Below are positions 21,789 to 31,521 of a stretch of 64,000 bases of DNA, piece after piece. Origin of the DNA: Fibrobacteria bacterium. Lineage in GTDB: Bacteria; Fibrobacterota; Fibrobacteria; UBA11236; JADFYW01. Below the pieces are notes generated by a model. That model was not told the DNA's origin, did no database searches, and saw nothing but the letters and a program-made list of their open reading frames with translations. Each line of letters begins with the position of its first letter. Position 1 is the first letter of the stretch. The stretch lies in NCBI GenBank assembly GCA_050294405.1, contig JBNKOC010000025.1, forward strand, positions 64,001 through 128,000, read 5' to 3'. The translations under genes and the position numbers were made by a program.

Positions 21789-23411
21789 TTAAACAGATTG
21801 CGGAGATTTTCCTAATATTTTAGGGGTTTTTGCTTTACTCAGCCTGAGTATATTTCCGGAATTAAAAAATTCCAGGCTGTCAAAAACCCTTTCCAGGTAC
21901 TGCCGGGATTGTTTCCGGGAGTGGCTTAAAAGAGCCTCGATGGATTTATTTTTATCCTGCGTCAAAATTTGAGTGCCATCGGAAGCGTATAAGATAAAAT
22001 GAACCTTGTCTTTGCTTTCCATCCATAACATTTGCAGGTTGTGATGGGGCAGGCTTAATCCCTTTTGAAAGTTGTTCAAAGCGATAGTTAAGCTTATTCG
22101 AGCCTCTCTTAAAAATTTGGAAGTATAGCCCCTGAATTCCAATTGGGAAAATATTTTTTCCAAAGATTCGCCAAAATGAAGGGGCGACTCAAAAGGTTCA
22201 AAATTAATTTGGCAGTCATCCTCTATGTTGCAAATTTGTTTTACCTGGTGGCAGCTGGAAGCGGGGTTGATGTTCATGATAAGCAGGCTAAAGTCATCGG
22301 AGCGGCTTTGATCTTTAATGTATTGGTTTTGATCTTCCATTATGATTTTTACCAGGCTAGCGGCATCCAATTGATAGTTTTGTTCGATAATGGATTTTAG
22401 CCTTTCTATTCCATAATGTTGCGATTGGGTGTTTTTGCATTCCACCAGTCCGTCGGTAAAAAGCACTAAAATATCGCCCTGGTCAAGTTGCGCGGATTTA
22501 GTTTCATAGTGGCCTTTATCAAAAGTACCGATAAAAAAACCTTCGGTTTCTAATTCTTCGCATTTCCCTTTTTTGGACCGGTACAATAGTTGATTTATGT
22601 GCCCTGCTTTAGAATAACTAAAATGTCTGGTTTCAATATCATAATTGCAGAGAAAAGCGGTTAGATAATGTTCTGTGCGGATGATTTCATGGAATTCAGA
22701 ATTTATTTCTTCTAAAACCTCATGGAGCGCCTTTTCTTTTTTTAAGGCATTTTTAAAAGATATTTTTGCCATGGCGGTAATAAATGCCGCGGGAATTCCA
22801 TGGCCGCTTACATCAGAAACCAGAAGAGATAAACTAGAAGCATCGCGCTGAATAATGTCGTAATAATCGCCGCCCACCATTTCTGTGGCGGTATATATCG
22901 CAGCCAAACTTACGCCTTCCAGATAGGGAATGCGGTGGGGCAAGATGCTTTTTTGAACCTGACGGGCTACTTCCAAATCCGCTTCCATTTTTTGAGCGTA
23001 TTGCTGCACTTCTTTATACAGATTTTGAATTTTGAATTGGCTGGATATTCTGGCTGTTAGTTCCGACATTTCAAAAGGTTTGGTAATATAATCCACAGCC
23101 CCTAATTTTAAGGCTTCCAGCTTGGTTTCCATGTTCTCTTTTGCGGTGAGAATCAAAATGGGAATGCCCCGGGTTTTATCCGAAGATTGCAATTGGGCGC
23201 ATACTTCGTTGCCATCCATTTCTGGCATCATCATGTCCAATATTATAAGACCGGGACGATGTTCGTGGGCCATGTTAATGCCTATGGCCCCATTTTCAGC
23301 GGTTAGCACTTTGTAATTTAAATGGGACAAATTGATTTCCAAAATTTTTCGCAAGTCCGGTTCATCATCAATGACCAAAACGGTTCCGGCATTATCTTTT
23401 TGATGATTCAT
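21789..23411 (-). CDS. Response regulator-PP2C (RsbU/SpoIIE-type) phosphatase with a C-terminal degenerate HATPase-like domain
   Basis: REC (IDDE, LDMMMP, TAK, TKPF); PP2C motifs VGGDYYD, SDVSGHG, FTDGLVE, DDFS; extra ~150-aa C-terminal domain. Confidence 0.9.
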   Translation of the reverse strand: MNHQKDNAGTVLVIDDEPDLRKILEINLSHLNYKVLTAENGAIGINMAHEHRPGLIILDMMMPEMDGNEVCAQLQSSDKTRGIPILILTAKENMETKLEALKLGAVDYITKPFEMSELTARISSQFKIQNLYKEVQQYAQKMEADLEVARQVQKSILPHRIPYLEGVSLAAIYTATEMVGGDYYDIIQRDASSLSLLVSDVSGHGIPAAFITAMAKISFKNALKKEKALHEVLEEINSEFHEIIRTEHYLTAFLCNYDIETRHFSYSKAGHINQLLYRSKKGKCEELETEGFFIGTFDKGHYETKSAQLDQGDILVLFTDGLVECKNTQSQHYGIERLKSIIEQNYQLDAASLVKIIMEDQNQYIKDQSRSDDFSLLIMNINPASSCHQVKQICNIEDDCQINFEPFESPLHFGESLEKIFSQLEFRGYTSKFLREARISLTIALNNFQKGLSLPHHNLQMLWMESKDKVHFILYASDGTQILTQDKNKSIEALLSHSRKQSRQYLERVFDSLEFFNSGNILRLSKAKTPKILGKSPQSV

Positions 23412-24586
23412 GCTTCATCCCAGGGTATTTGGAAAATCAAAGAGACGCCTTTTTGGCCTTTGTTTGTTTTAGCCCAAATTTTTCCACTATGGGATTCAAT
23501 GATGGCTCTACAAATAGGCAAACCAAGGCCTGTTCCGCCATATTTTCTGGTGGAACTGCTGTCCACTTGGGAGAACTTTTCAAATACGCTCTCCAGTTTT
23601 TCCAATGGAATTCCAATTCCATTATCTTTGATGCGTATTTCAATAACCTTGGCAGGGCTGGATTTTGTTTTTGCAGTTACATAAATTTCGCCCTCTTCGT
23701 TGGTAAATTTCAGTGCGTTATTTAAAAGGTTTTGCGTAACCTGTATTATTTTTTTCCCGTCTACAATAACATTAGGCAAGGCCGAATCAATGTCCCATTT
23801 TAATTGGATGTTTTTTTGACTGGCCAAAAATTTAAAGGACTGTATGGATTCTGTAATGAGAGGGGCAATGGATTGCTTCACCATATTCATTTTCATTTGG
23901 CCGCTGTTTAATTGGGAAAAATCCAAAAAGTCGGAAACAAGAGATTTTAACCTTTCCGCGTTTCGGCTGATAATATTTAAGAATTCCATCTGTTCTTCAT
24001 TCACAGGGCCAAGGGCCTGTTCCTGAAGGGTTCCCACAGCCCCTTTCATTACGGAAATGGGAGTGCGCAATTCATGGCTTATCATAGCCGTAAAATCGGA
24101 TTTTAGTTTGTCAAGTTCCCGTAGTTCAGTTTCTACCTTTTGCCCCTTTTCCAAGGCCTGTATGAGTTCCTGGGTTTTTAAATTAAAATGGTTGGATAAA
24201 AGTTCATTTCTTTGTTCCAGGCAATAAAACTTGTAGATACATTGCATTTTTACGGCGAACAATTCCATGTCATAGGGAGGCGCCATTACATCCACACAAT
24301 TGGGATATGCTTTTGCTAAGTCTGAAAAGGAAAGATTTGAATTTTCCTGAATCCAGATAAGGGGCGGAAGTTTTTGTGTTTTAAAAAAGTTGGCCAACCA
24401 CTTTAGCTGCTCGAGCTCGCCTTTGGCTACCACCAAGTTGCTTTTATCCTGAATGGTTTCTAATTCGTCCTTTTGAAATCCGCAGGAAGTAAAGTTCCAG
24501 TAGTTTTTTAAAAGCTGCTTTTCCCATACAGATTCTTCTTCTTCTTTGCTTACAAAGAGGATAAAAAAGGGCTCTTGGGGTATCAT
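23408..24586 (-). CDS. Cytoplasmic sensor histidine kinase with an N-terminal receiver-like domain
   Basis: SHELRTP, NLLNNALKF, DNGIGI, FEKF, GGTGLGL; no TM segment; ATGA overlap with the next gene. Confidence 0.9.
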   Translation of the reverse strand: MIPQEPFFILFVSKEEEESVWEKQLLKNYWNFTSCGFQKDELETIQDKSNLVVAKGELEQLKWLANFFKTQKLPPLIWIQENSNLSFSDLAKAYPNCVDVMAPPYDMELFAVKMQCIYKFYCLEQRNELLSNHFNLKTQELIQALEKGQKVETELRELDKLKSDFTAMISHELRTPISVMKGAVGTLQEQALGPVNEEQMEFLNIISRNAERLKSLVSDFLDFSQLNSGQMKMNMVKQSIAPLITESIQSFKFLASQKNIQLKWDIDSALPNVIVDGKKIIQVTQNLLNNALKFTNEEGEIYVTAKTKSSPAKVIEIRIKDNGIGIPLEKLESVFEKFSQVDSSSTRKYGGTGLGLPICRAIIESHSGKIWAKTNKGQKGVSLIFQIPWDEA

Positions 24587-24716
24587 TAAGGGAATTATAT
24601 CCCTTTCTGAGCTTATTTTCCTTGAATTTAGGGGAAAAATCAGATATTTGCGGAATTAAAGCTGGTCATTTTGATAAAATGGCTTATATGATAATATTGG
24701 AATTTGGGCAAAAATA

Positions 24717-25694
24717 ATGAAGGCTCAGTTTGTAAGATCCGTAAAAAAAGATCAAAAAATTTTCTCAGAAAATGACAGATCCAGAGATCTTTATTTTATC
24801 GAAAAGGGTTCTGTTCGAATTTTAAAAAATAAGGACGGAAAAAAAATGGAGTTGGCCTTGCTTAAAGAGGGCGCCATTTTTGGAGAGATGGCTCTTTTGG
24901 ATGGAAAGCCCCGGTCGGCATCAGCTGTTGCTAATGAAGATTGCCAGCTTACAGTGGTTTCTGAGCAGGAATTCAATAAGAAAATTGAAAATGTTCCCAA
25001 TTGGTATTTGTCCCTTATTAGAATAGCCAGTGAAAGATTGCGGCAGATTAATGATCAGCTGAATTTTGGCCATAGGCTACATAACATTGCAAACATAGCC
25101 CAATTGCTGGTGCTCATTATCAAGAAACATCAGTACAAAGTGGAATCTGAGTCTGAAGAAAGTAAGCAGGCTAAAATGGATTCCAAATTCGCCAAAACCG
25201 AAATCATGGAAATATTAGGGCTAAATAAAAACCCTATGAAAGAGGGTCTTGAGTTTCTGGAAAAAAAAGATTTAATCCTTATGTACGATAATGAACTTAC
25301 AATACACAATCCCGAAGAATTGCTGAACTACGCAAACTTTCTGCGAAATGTGAATTGGGATCATGAGTTTGTTTTAATGAACGACGAAATATTTGGTATG
25401 TTATCTAACCTTAAAACATTGCTAGTTTCGAAATTCGCAAAAAGCGACGTAGTGACTTTCAGTTACGCGAATTTTTTGGTGGAGTTGGAGAAAAATGTAA
25501 AAATTCCCGAGGGGAAAGAAACCTGGTTTTTGAATACCTCCCACCGCATGAGTATTGTGAAATTTATCCATTCCAATGGAACGGAGGCCAATTCCATTGA
25601 AAAACTGGATTCAGGTGGACAGCTTCGGTTTGATTCCACTTACTTAACCCAGGTTTTACAAGAAGAAATGTTTAAGCGCCTTGGGGTGGAATGA
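24717..25694 (+). CDS. Crp/Fnr-family cyclic-nucleotide-binding regulator with C-terminal extension
   Basis: LYFIEKGSV and FGEMALLDGKPRSASA phosphate-binding cassette, followed by an HTH-like segment. Confidence 0.82.
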   Translation: MKAQFVRSVKKDQKIFSENDRSRDLYFIEKGSVRILKNKDGKKMELALLKEGAIFGEMALLDGKPRSASAVANEDCQLTVVSEQEFNKKIENVPNWYLSLIRIASERLRQINDQLNFGHRLHNIANIAQLLVLIIKKHQYKVESESEESKQAKMDSKFAKTEIMEILGLNKNPMKEGLEFLEKKDLILMYDNELTIHNPEELLNYANFLRNVNWDHEFVLMNDEIFGMLSNLKTLLVSKFAKSDVVTFSYANFLVELEKNVKIPEGKETWFLNTSHRMSIVKFIHSNGTEANSIEKLDSGGQLRFDSTYLTQVLQEEMFKRLGVE

Positions 25695-26773
25695 AACTTT
25701 TAACCCAATTTGCGCTAGCTTTGAGCTTTTGCCTTTTGCCAGGTTTGTGTTATGGGGTCGAAGTATGTGGCGAATTGGAAAACTCAGCAGATTGGGTAAA
25801 AAAAAATTCGCCCTACATTGTAACCAATGATTTGTACATACCCTTTAAATCCCGATTAAAGATAGAACCGGGGGTCGAGGTGATTTTTACCGAGCCCAGG
25901 CAATGTAAGTCCAATACCATTCAGTTTGATTGGGCGGACAGCCAATATGTTTCCATTAAAGTGGACGGGGCTTTGTATCTGGATGGGAGCGAAGAGGACC
26001 CCATTGTTTTTTCGGGAATTAAGAAAGGTAAAACCGTTTCCTGGGATGGGATTCGCATAGAAAATAAGTCTTCGGCTCTGGTGGAAATTAAGCATAGCAT
26101 TTTTCAAAACGCCCATAATGCTATACATGCGGTTAATTCAAATTTTCCGGTGCGCAATTGTTTATTTCAATATAACAATCACGGAATCTATTTGGATAAT
26201 GGAGGGAATCTTCAAATTATCAATAACAATTTTGTGGAAAATCGCAGCAGCGGCATCTTTATTAATGGGTCCTCGCCCATAGTTATTAATAACATTTTTT
26301 ATAAAAATATGAATTACGGCATATGGTCTGATTCCAGGCAAAATTTGGAAATCAATTACAATGGGTTTTGGGAAAATGCTGATGGCAATTGCCATCGCTG
26401 CGAAAATGGAATGCTTATAGCGGTAACACAAAATGCCCGTGGCGATTCAGCAGATGCCAATTACAACATCCAAATGGACCCTGTTTTTCAGGGGTCTAAA
26501 TCCTTCGCAGAACATCAAAAAAAAGACCTCAAAGTGGCGACTCCAATGGAGTCTGTGGCTGATAAAAAAATGGCCTTAATGGAAAAAGAAGCTATTCATA
26601 AACGTGGTGAAAAAGTGGCCGTATTCCAAAATTTTGGCAAAGGCCCTTATGTTTTGTCCAAATATTCTCCATATCGGGGGGCGGGGCATCCTAAAGAGGT
26701 ATTTAATAACCGAGATGGGACTCCAAACGATATTGGAATGTTTGGCGGACCTGTGGAGACCAATGGCCCTTAG
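25691..26773 (+). CDS. Secreted right-handed parallel beta-helix protein
   Basis: Signal peptide; SPYIVTNDL..IEPGVEV; WDGI; Asn-rich repeats; DIGMFGGP tail; ATGA-coupled to the Crp gene. Confidence 0.75.
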   Translation: MKLLTQFALALSFCLLPGLCYGVEVCGELENSADWVKKNSPYIVTNDLYIPFKSRLKIEPGVEVIFTEPRQCKSNTIQFDWADSQYVSIKVDGALYLDGSEEDPIVFSGIKKGKTVSWDGIRIENKSSALVEIKHSIFQNAHNAIHAVNSNFPVRNCLFQYNNHGIYLDNGGNLQIINNNFVENRSSGIFINGSSPIVINNIFYKNMNYGIWSDSRQNLEINYNGFWENADGNCHRCENGMLIAVTQNARGDSADANYNIQMDPVFQGSKSFAEHQKKDLKVATPMESVADKKMALMEKEAIHKRGEKVAVFQNFGKGPYVLSKYSPYRGAGHPKEVFNNRDGTPNDIGMFGGPVETNGP

Positions 26774-27552
26774 TTTAGTTTAAGCTCTACTGCCAATTTT
26801 TCGCATTTTTCAATATCCTCTTTATCATTCAGTTGAAATGGCTTTCGGGGTTGCAGTTGCTGGCATTCCCTTAATAATTTAGCTGCATTTTTTTTATCTC
26901 CCTCCTCGTATAGAGCTTCGGCCAAATAGCTATAACTAAGGGGGTTTTCTTTATCTAGCGCAATGGAGTTTTGCAAATGTTTTATTGCTTCCTTATTAGA
27001 TGGCCAACTTAATATAAAAGGGATGTATGGAGCTTCGAAATGGACTCTTCCCAGAACCCGATGCCCTCGCGCCTTCATCTTTGAGGAAGGCATGGTGATT
27101 AATTTTTCGCATAGACTTTTTAATTTATCGGCAACTCCGGCTTTGGCTGCCGCCAGGACTCCATAAATCTGAGCCCAACTGCCCAAGGCAGCGCAATACC
27201 AATAAATAACCTCTCCACTGGAAGGATATTTATCCAATACTTTTTCAATTGTATTTTTTGCTTCAAGATACAATTCCTTTTTAGAGTTCTTTTCCATACT
27301 AGTGTGGTTGCCTTTTAATAATGCTGCCCGCACAAACCCCACCGCAGCTGAGGTGTCCAATGGGGTCGTTTTTAATGCTGTCCGGAATAAATCTAGGGCG
27401 GTATCTAAGCTTTTTGGGTTTTCCCCAAGAGAAATATCTTCGGATAATAGCTTGTGAAAAAGCTCCCAACCCTGTTCTTGAGGGAGGGTTTTAAGGGGAA
27501 CCTCTGCCCAGAGCCACTGAAAGCCCAATAGAATAAGTATCAATCTTAGCAT
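26770..27552 (-). CDS. Exported TPR-like helical repeat protein
   Basis: Signal peptide; TPR-like helices (YWYCAALGSW, HRVLGRVHF, YSYLAEALY); SD AAAGGT. Confidence 0.7.
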   Translation of the reverse strand: MLRLILILLGFQWLWAEVPLKTLPQEQGWELFHKLLSEDISLGENPKSLDTALDLFRTALKTTPLDTSAAVGFVRAALLKGNHTSMEKNSKKELYLEAKNTIEKVLDKYPSSGEVIYWYCAALGSWAQIYGVLAAAKAGVADKLKSLCEKLITMPSSKMKARGHRVLGRVHFEAPYIPFILSWPSNKEAIKHLQNSIALDKENPLSYSYLAEALYEEGDKKNAAKLLRECQQLQPRKPFQLNDKEDIEKCEKLAVELKLN

Positions 27553-27660
27553 ATTTACCTTTGGTTGGATTCCAAATTAATTTTCAATTAGCAACAAGGC
27601 AAGAAATCTCCAACATCAGTTTGATAACAAACTGCATAGTAAATTTCAAATTGATTTCAA

Positions 27661-27687
27661 TCAATTAACCAAATAAAGTGTCGAAAT
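27661..27687 (+). promoter_or_regulatory. Candidate sigma28 (FliA) promoter
   Basis: TCAA-N15-GTCGAAAT against the consensus TAAA-N15-GCCGATAA. Confidence 0.4.
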
Positions 27688-27807
27688 AGGGTTGGCTACA
27701 GATGTATATGATAAATACAAAAAAAAGGAAAAAAAACTTGGCATTTAAAAAATTAGCTGTGATAAAATTTCTTTAAAATCAATTTTTTTTTATAGGAAGA
27801 AACAATC

Positions 27808-29163
27808 ATGAAAGAGTTAACGGAATTAAACATCAGAAAATGGGAATTCCAGATTTTTGTAATAGTGGGGGTGGCTCTCATAGCATCCTTTTATGCGCTG
27901 AGTCTGGCAGTGCAAAAAACCGGGGCTTTAAATAAGGCTGCGCTTCAGGAGGCAGTGTGGTCTTACAAATCAGGGCTCGAAAAAACAAAGTCAGATTTTA
28001 TCGGGAATGGGATATTAGGTCCCTGGAAAGTCCAGGGTTTTAATATTCCAGAATTAAATGATCTGGCGTTAAGTAATTCAGCCTTGATTAATAAATACCA
28101 AGCAAAAGCTGAGGAAAATTACAATACGGCAATTTCAGCCTATGGAGAAATGCAGGCTGCTTTTTCACTTGTGGATTTATCCAACACTCAGCTTTTAGAT
28201 TTTTTAGCTTATCAATTTCCAGGGCAATTAGAAAATAACCGACTTCAGGAATTACAACTTTTTGTATCGCAATTGCCCGGAATGCTTATTTTACCCAGTT
28301 GGGAAGGAAGCGTAGAGAAAATGAATGCCTCCCTGTTGGATATTGCTGAAAGCTATGGGCAATTGGCGGCTCGCTATCGTATTTCAGATAAAAATAGTTT
28401 TTTGAATTTATTTAATGAACATGTAGGTGATTTGCAAAATGCCCTGGATTCCAAAGAAAACTTTGTAGCCAAGCGGGAGCGTTTGCAAAACATATTTGCC
28501 CATTCCCAAGAGCTGTTATCAGAAACAATTCTCAGCGAAAACGAACTTGCCCAGAACAAGGCGGACTTTGCGCGCAATTTTGCCCATATATTAATTGTGG
28601 TATTGGTTTGCGGGGTGTTTTTGTTGGCGAAGCCCAAATTTTTTCTTACACCTTACGAATGGCAAAAACGGGAACTGTTGCTGGAAAACCTTTCCCGCCA
28701 TGAAGCCAATGTAAATCATATACTGACTGCCGCAGATAAAACTTATAACGAAACTCAGGCGGAGGCCCATGTATTGCAAGAAGTATTGGACATATCTCGG
28801 AAAATAAACCGAAAACTTTTCCGGTTGGAAAGGGAGTACCAATATTTTAAAAAGGAAGAAGTCCATGACTTAGGCCTGGTCAGGCAAAATATGGAACGGT
28901 TGCTCCATTTGGGCGGAGTTGAGGTTCATAAGGAAGATTTGGCCCATATTATGAAGGACTTCAATAACATGGAATCTCAATTTGAAAAGCACAGCCATCG
29001 TGCAGAACGGGATGTCAAGGATTTAGATGGACTTATGTCTCAGTTTAAAGGTGATTTAGTGCAATTGGAGAGTTCTGTGCAGCAATTGATTAAATCCACC
29101 TATTTTTTGAAAAGAGAAACCACTGCCATGAAGGATGTGGAAGGAATTATGCGCAACGGATAA
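27808..29163 (+). CDS. Two-TM membrane protein with chemoreceptor-like topology
   Basis: TM1 about aa 14-35, helical extracytoplasmic region, TM2 about aa 258-275, cytoplasmic coiled coil; SD AGGA. Confidence 0.6.
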   Translation: MKELTELNIRKWEFQIFVIVGVALIASFYALSLAVQKTGALNKAALQEAVWSYKSGLEKTKSDFIGNGILGPWKVQGFNIPELNDLALSNSALINKYQAKAEENYNTAISAYGEMQAAFSLVDLSNTQLLDFLAYQFPGQLENNRLQELQLFVSQLPGMLILPSWEGSVEKMNASLLDIAESYGQLAARYRISDKNSFLNLFNEHVGDLQNALDSKENFVAKRERLQNIFAHSQELLSETILSENELAQNKADFARNFAHILIVVLVCGVFLLAKPKFFLTPYEWQKRELLLENLSRHEANVNHILTAADKTYNETQAEAHVLQEVLDISRKINRKLFRLEREYQYFKKEEVHDLGLVRQNMERLLHLGGVEVHKEDLAHIMKDFNNMESQFEKHSHRAERDVKDLDGLMSQFKGDLVQLESSVQQLIKSTYFLKRETTAMKDVEGIMRNG

Positions 29164-29181
29164 GGAATGAGAAAAGGCAAG

Positions 29182-29802
29182 CTATTTTGGAGCCTGCCTT
29201 ACTTCTTCCAGTGAAATAGTGTCTGAAATATCTGGCCAATCATGTAATTGGCCGCTTTTCGTAAATACATTGTTTAAAACCTCTGGAAATAAATCTCCAT
29301 TAACATCCTGGATGGCAATAAAGTTCAATTGGCTTAACTTGAAGGGAGAAGGCGGCTTTATTTCCAAAGTTTTTGCATCTAGCAGCTCTTTTACAAATTC
29401 AAAATGATATACAGTGGGGCTTAAAGAGTAAAGGGCGTAAAGTTGAGGCGTATCCTCTCTTAGGTAGCTAAATACGAAATCTGGAAGGCTGTCCGTATTA
29501 AAACCTTCAATCTGAAAAATTTGGGTAAATTGCCCTGGAGCGATGTTGCAAGCATAAAATAGTTCGGATTGGGGGCTGACTTTCCCGTTATAGATTCCTA
29601 AACTGGAGCCCTCCACGCAGGAACCCATCAATACTTGGTATTTTCCAAATTTAAAGTATTTGTAGTGGCTTTTTGCCCCCTTTGCCTTAAATTTTTCTTG
29701 AATTATTCCTGCTGTGGCAGCACTGGTTAGTAAAATTAGAAGCAGTACCATTTTTTTCATGCTGTACTCCATTGCGTTTTTAGTTTTATTGGACCTGGTC
29801 AC
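29182..29802 (-). CDS. Hypothetical secreted protein
   Basis: Signal peptide MKKMVLLLILLTSAATA (start probably ATG 29760); DVNGDLFPE and NTDSLPD calcium-loop-like motifs. Confidence 0.55.
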   Translation of the reverse strand: MTRSNKTKNAMEYSMKKMVLLLILLTSAATAGIIQEKFKAKGAKSHYKYFKFGKYQVLMGSCVEGSSLGIYNGKVSPQSELFYACNIAPGQFTQIFQIEGFNTDSLPDFVFSYLREDTPQLYALYSLSPTVYHFEFVKELLDAKTLEIKPPSPFKLSQLNFIAIQDVNGDLFPEVLNNVFTKSGQLHDWPDISDTISLEEVRQAPK

Positions 29803-29842
29803 TTGCTACAGGGCCAACATTTGATGTAAAATTAGCATAAAT

Positions 29843-30229
29843 ATGCGCCCTGGAAAAATGAATAATAAGCAAATTGCCATAATTGAAGATGTGGAGTCGG
29901 ATGCCCTTGCCCTAAAAAAAATAATGGAAAACTTAGGGGAATTTGAAATTGAGCTTTATAATTCCATGGAAGATGTAATGGCCATTTTTGATAAAAAAAA
30001 ATTTGATTATGTATTCCTTGATTATTATTTAAAAAACTTTAAAGCCACAGATGTTTTATTGGGGCTGGGCAAAGAAAATAAATTAGGTACAACTAAATTT
30101 ATTATCACTACCTCGGAAAACAATCCCAGTGTTTTGTTGAGAACCATAAAAATGGGAGCCCATCATTTTATATTCAAGCCAATTAGTGTTTCCAGAGTGA
30201 AACATGCGTTAGATATATTAGATGAATAA
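29843..30229 (+). CDS. Single-domain response regulator
   Basis: IIEDVESD, FLDYYL, ITTS, FIFKP. Confidence 0.85.
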   Translation: MRPGKMNNKQIAIIEDVESDALALKKIMENLGEFEIELYNSMEDVMAIFDKKKFDYVFLDYYLKNFKATDVLLGLGKENKLGTTKFIITTSENNPSVLLRTIKMGAHHFIFKPISVSRVKHALDILDE

Positions 30230-30231
30230 AC

Positions 30232-31320
30232 TTATTCGTCCCGGTACATTTCCTTAATCTTAGTCATCACTTCGAAATTTTTTAAGAATATTTCGGATAA
30301 ATAGGGGTCGAAATGCTCGCCTGATTCTTCCTTTATTAAATCCGCAGCTCTTTCATAAGACCAGGCCTCTTTATAACAGCGTTTGGAAGTAAGGGCGTCA
30401 AACACATCTGATAAGGCTGTGAGGCGGCCATATATGGAAATTTCTTCGGCCCTTTTCTTATTGGGGTAGCCGAAGCCGTTCCACTTTTCATGGTGGTCCA
30501 AGGCGACCAATGCCGCCATTTTCATAACATCAGAATCTCCGCCTTTTAAAATATCATATCCGTATTGAGCGTGCATTTGCATAACATGCCATTCTTCATC
30601 GTCCAGTTTTCCGGGTTTTTGCAATATTTTATCGGGGATTCCAACCTTGCCAATATCGTGCATGGGGGCAGCCAGGCGAATTAATTCTAACTGGTCGGAT
30701 TCCCAACCCAAATGCCGGGCCATTTCTTCAGCATACAATCCAACACGTATAATATGGGATTGGGTTTCAGGATCTTTATATTTTGTAGCATAGGAAAGCC
30801 GATAAATAACTTCTTCCCCGGCCTTTTTTAGCCTATTATGCAACATGGTATTTTCAATATTTGAGGCAATAAATAAGGACAGGTGTTGCAATAAGGTTAC
30901 ATCTTCATTGTTAAAATTCATTTCACCTTGTTTATTGATAACCTGAAACACTCCGATGCGTTCTTCATCTGAATTGGTTAAGGGGTAGGCTAAAATAGTC
31001 TTGGTGCGGTATCCTGTTTTTTTATCTGTGCTTTGGTCGAATCTGGAATCGTGGTAGGCTTCTGGAATATTTAATATCTGACCACTATCCCAAACATGGC
31101 CAGCTATTCCCTTGTTCTCTGGGATTCGAATTTCTGCCACCCCATGAGCCACAATAGTCCAGAGTTCCTTGGTTTTTGGATCATGAAGAAATATACTGGC
31201 TCTGTCCGCATTTAACAGTTTTCGGGTGACATCTGTTAACATCAACAGAATTTTTTGCAAATCCTTTTCCTGGGCTATCTGAGCTGAAGCGCTTAATAAA
31301 AGTTTGAGTTTGGGGTCCAT
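30232..31320 (-). CDS. GAF + HD-GYP cyclic dinucleotide phosphodiesterase
   Basis: GAF (NIPEAYHDSRF, VINK); MHDIGKVG, HHEKWNGFGYP, DVFDALTSKRCYK. Confidence 0.93.
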   Translation of the reverse strand: MDPKLKLLLSASAQIAQEKDLQKILLMLTDVTRKLLNADRASIFLHDPKTKELWTIVAHGVAEIRIPENKGIAGHVWDSGQILNIPEAYHDSRFDQSTDKKTGYRTKTILAYPLTNSDEERIGVFQVINKQGEMNFNNEDVTLLQHLSLFIASNIENTMLHNRLKKAGEEVIYRLSYATKYKDPETQSHIIRVGLYAEEMARHLGWESDQLELIRLAAPMHDIGKVGIPDKILQKPGKLDDEEWHVMQMHAQYGYDILKGGDSDVMKMAALVALDHHEKWNGFGYPNKKRAEEISIYGRLTALSDVFDALTSKRCYKEAWSYERAADLIKEESGEHFDPYLSEIFLKNFEVMTKIKEMYRDE

Positions 31321-31521
31321 TGTTTAGCTGATTTAGGAATTCCTGCTTAAAAAAATGCGGTTTATTGAAATTTTATCCCATTTTTTAGTGCGTTATAAAG
31401 CCCTTTCGCCAAAAAAGTAAATTTAATTTCCTCATAGTATGGGGAAAATTCCCAATAGACCCCAAAGACGCTATTTTTCCCTCTATTTTTAGGATTTTTC
31501 ATATATTTTCCTGAATATTAT

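Noticed and set aside
27738..27760. Sigma54 promoter at TTGGCA
   Set aside because: No GC at the required -12 spacing.
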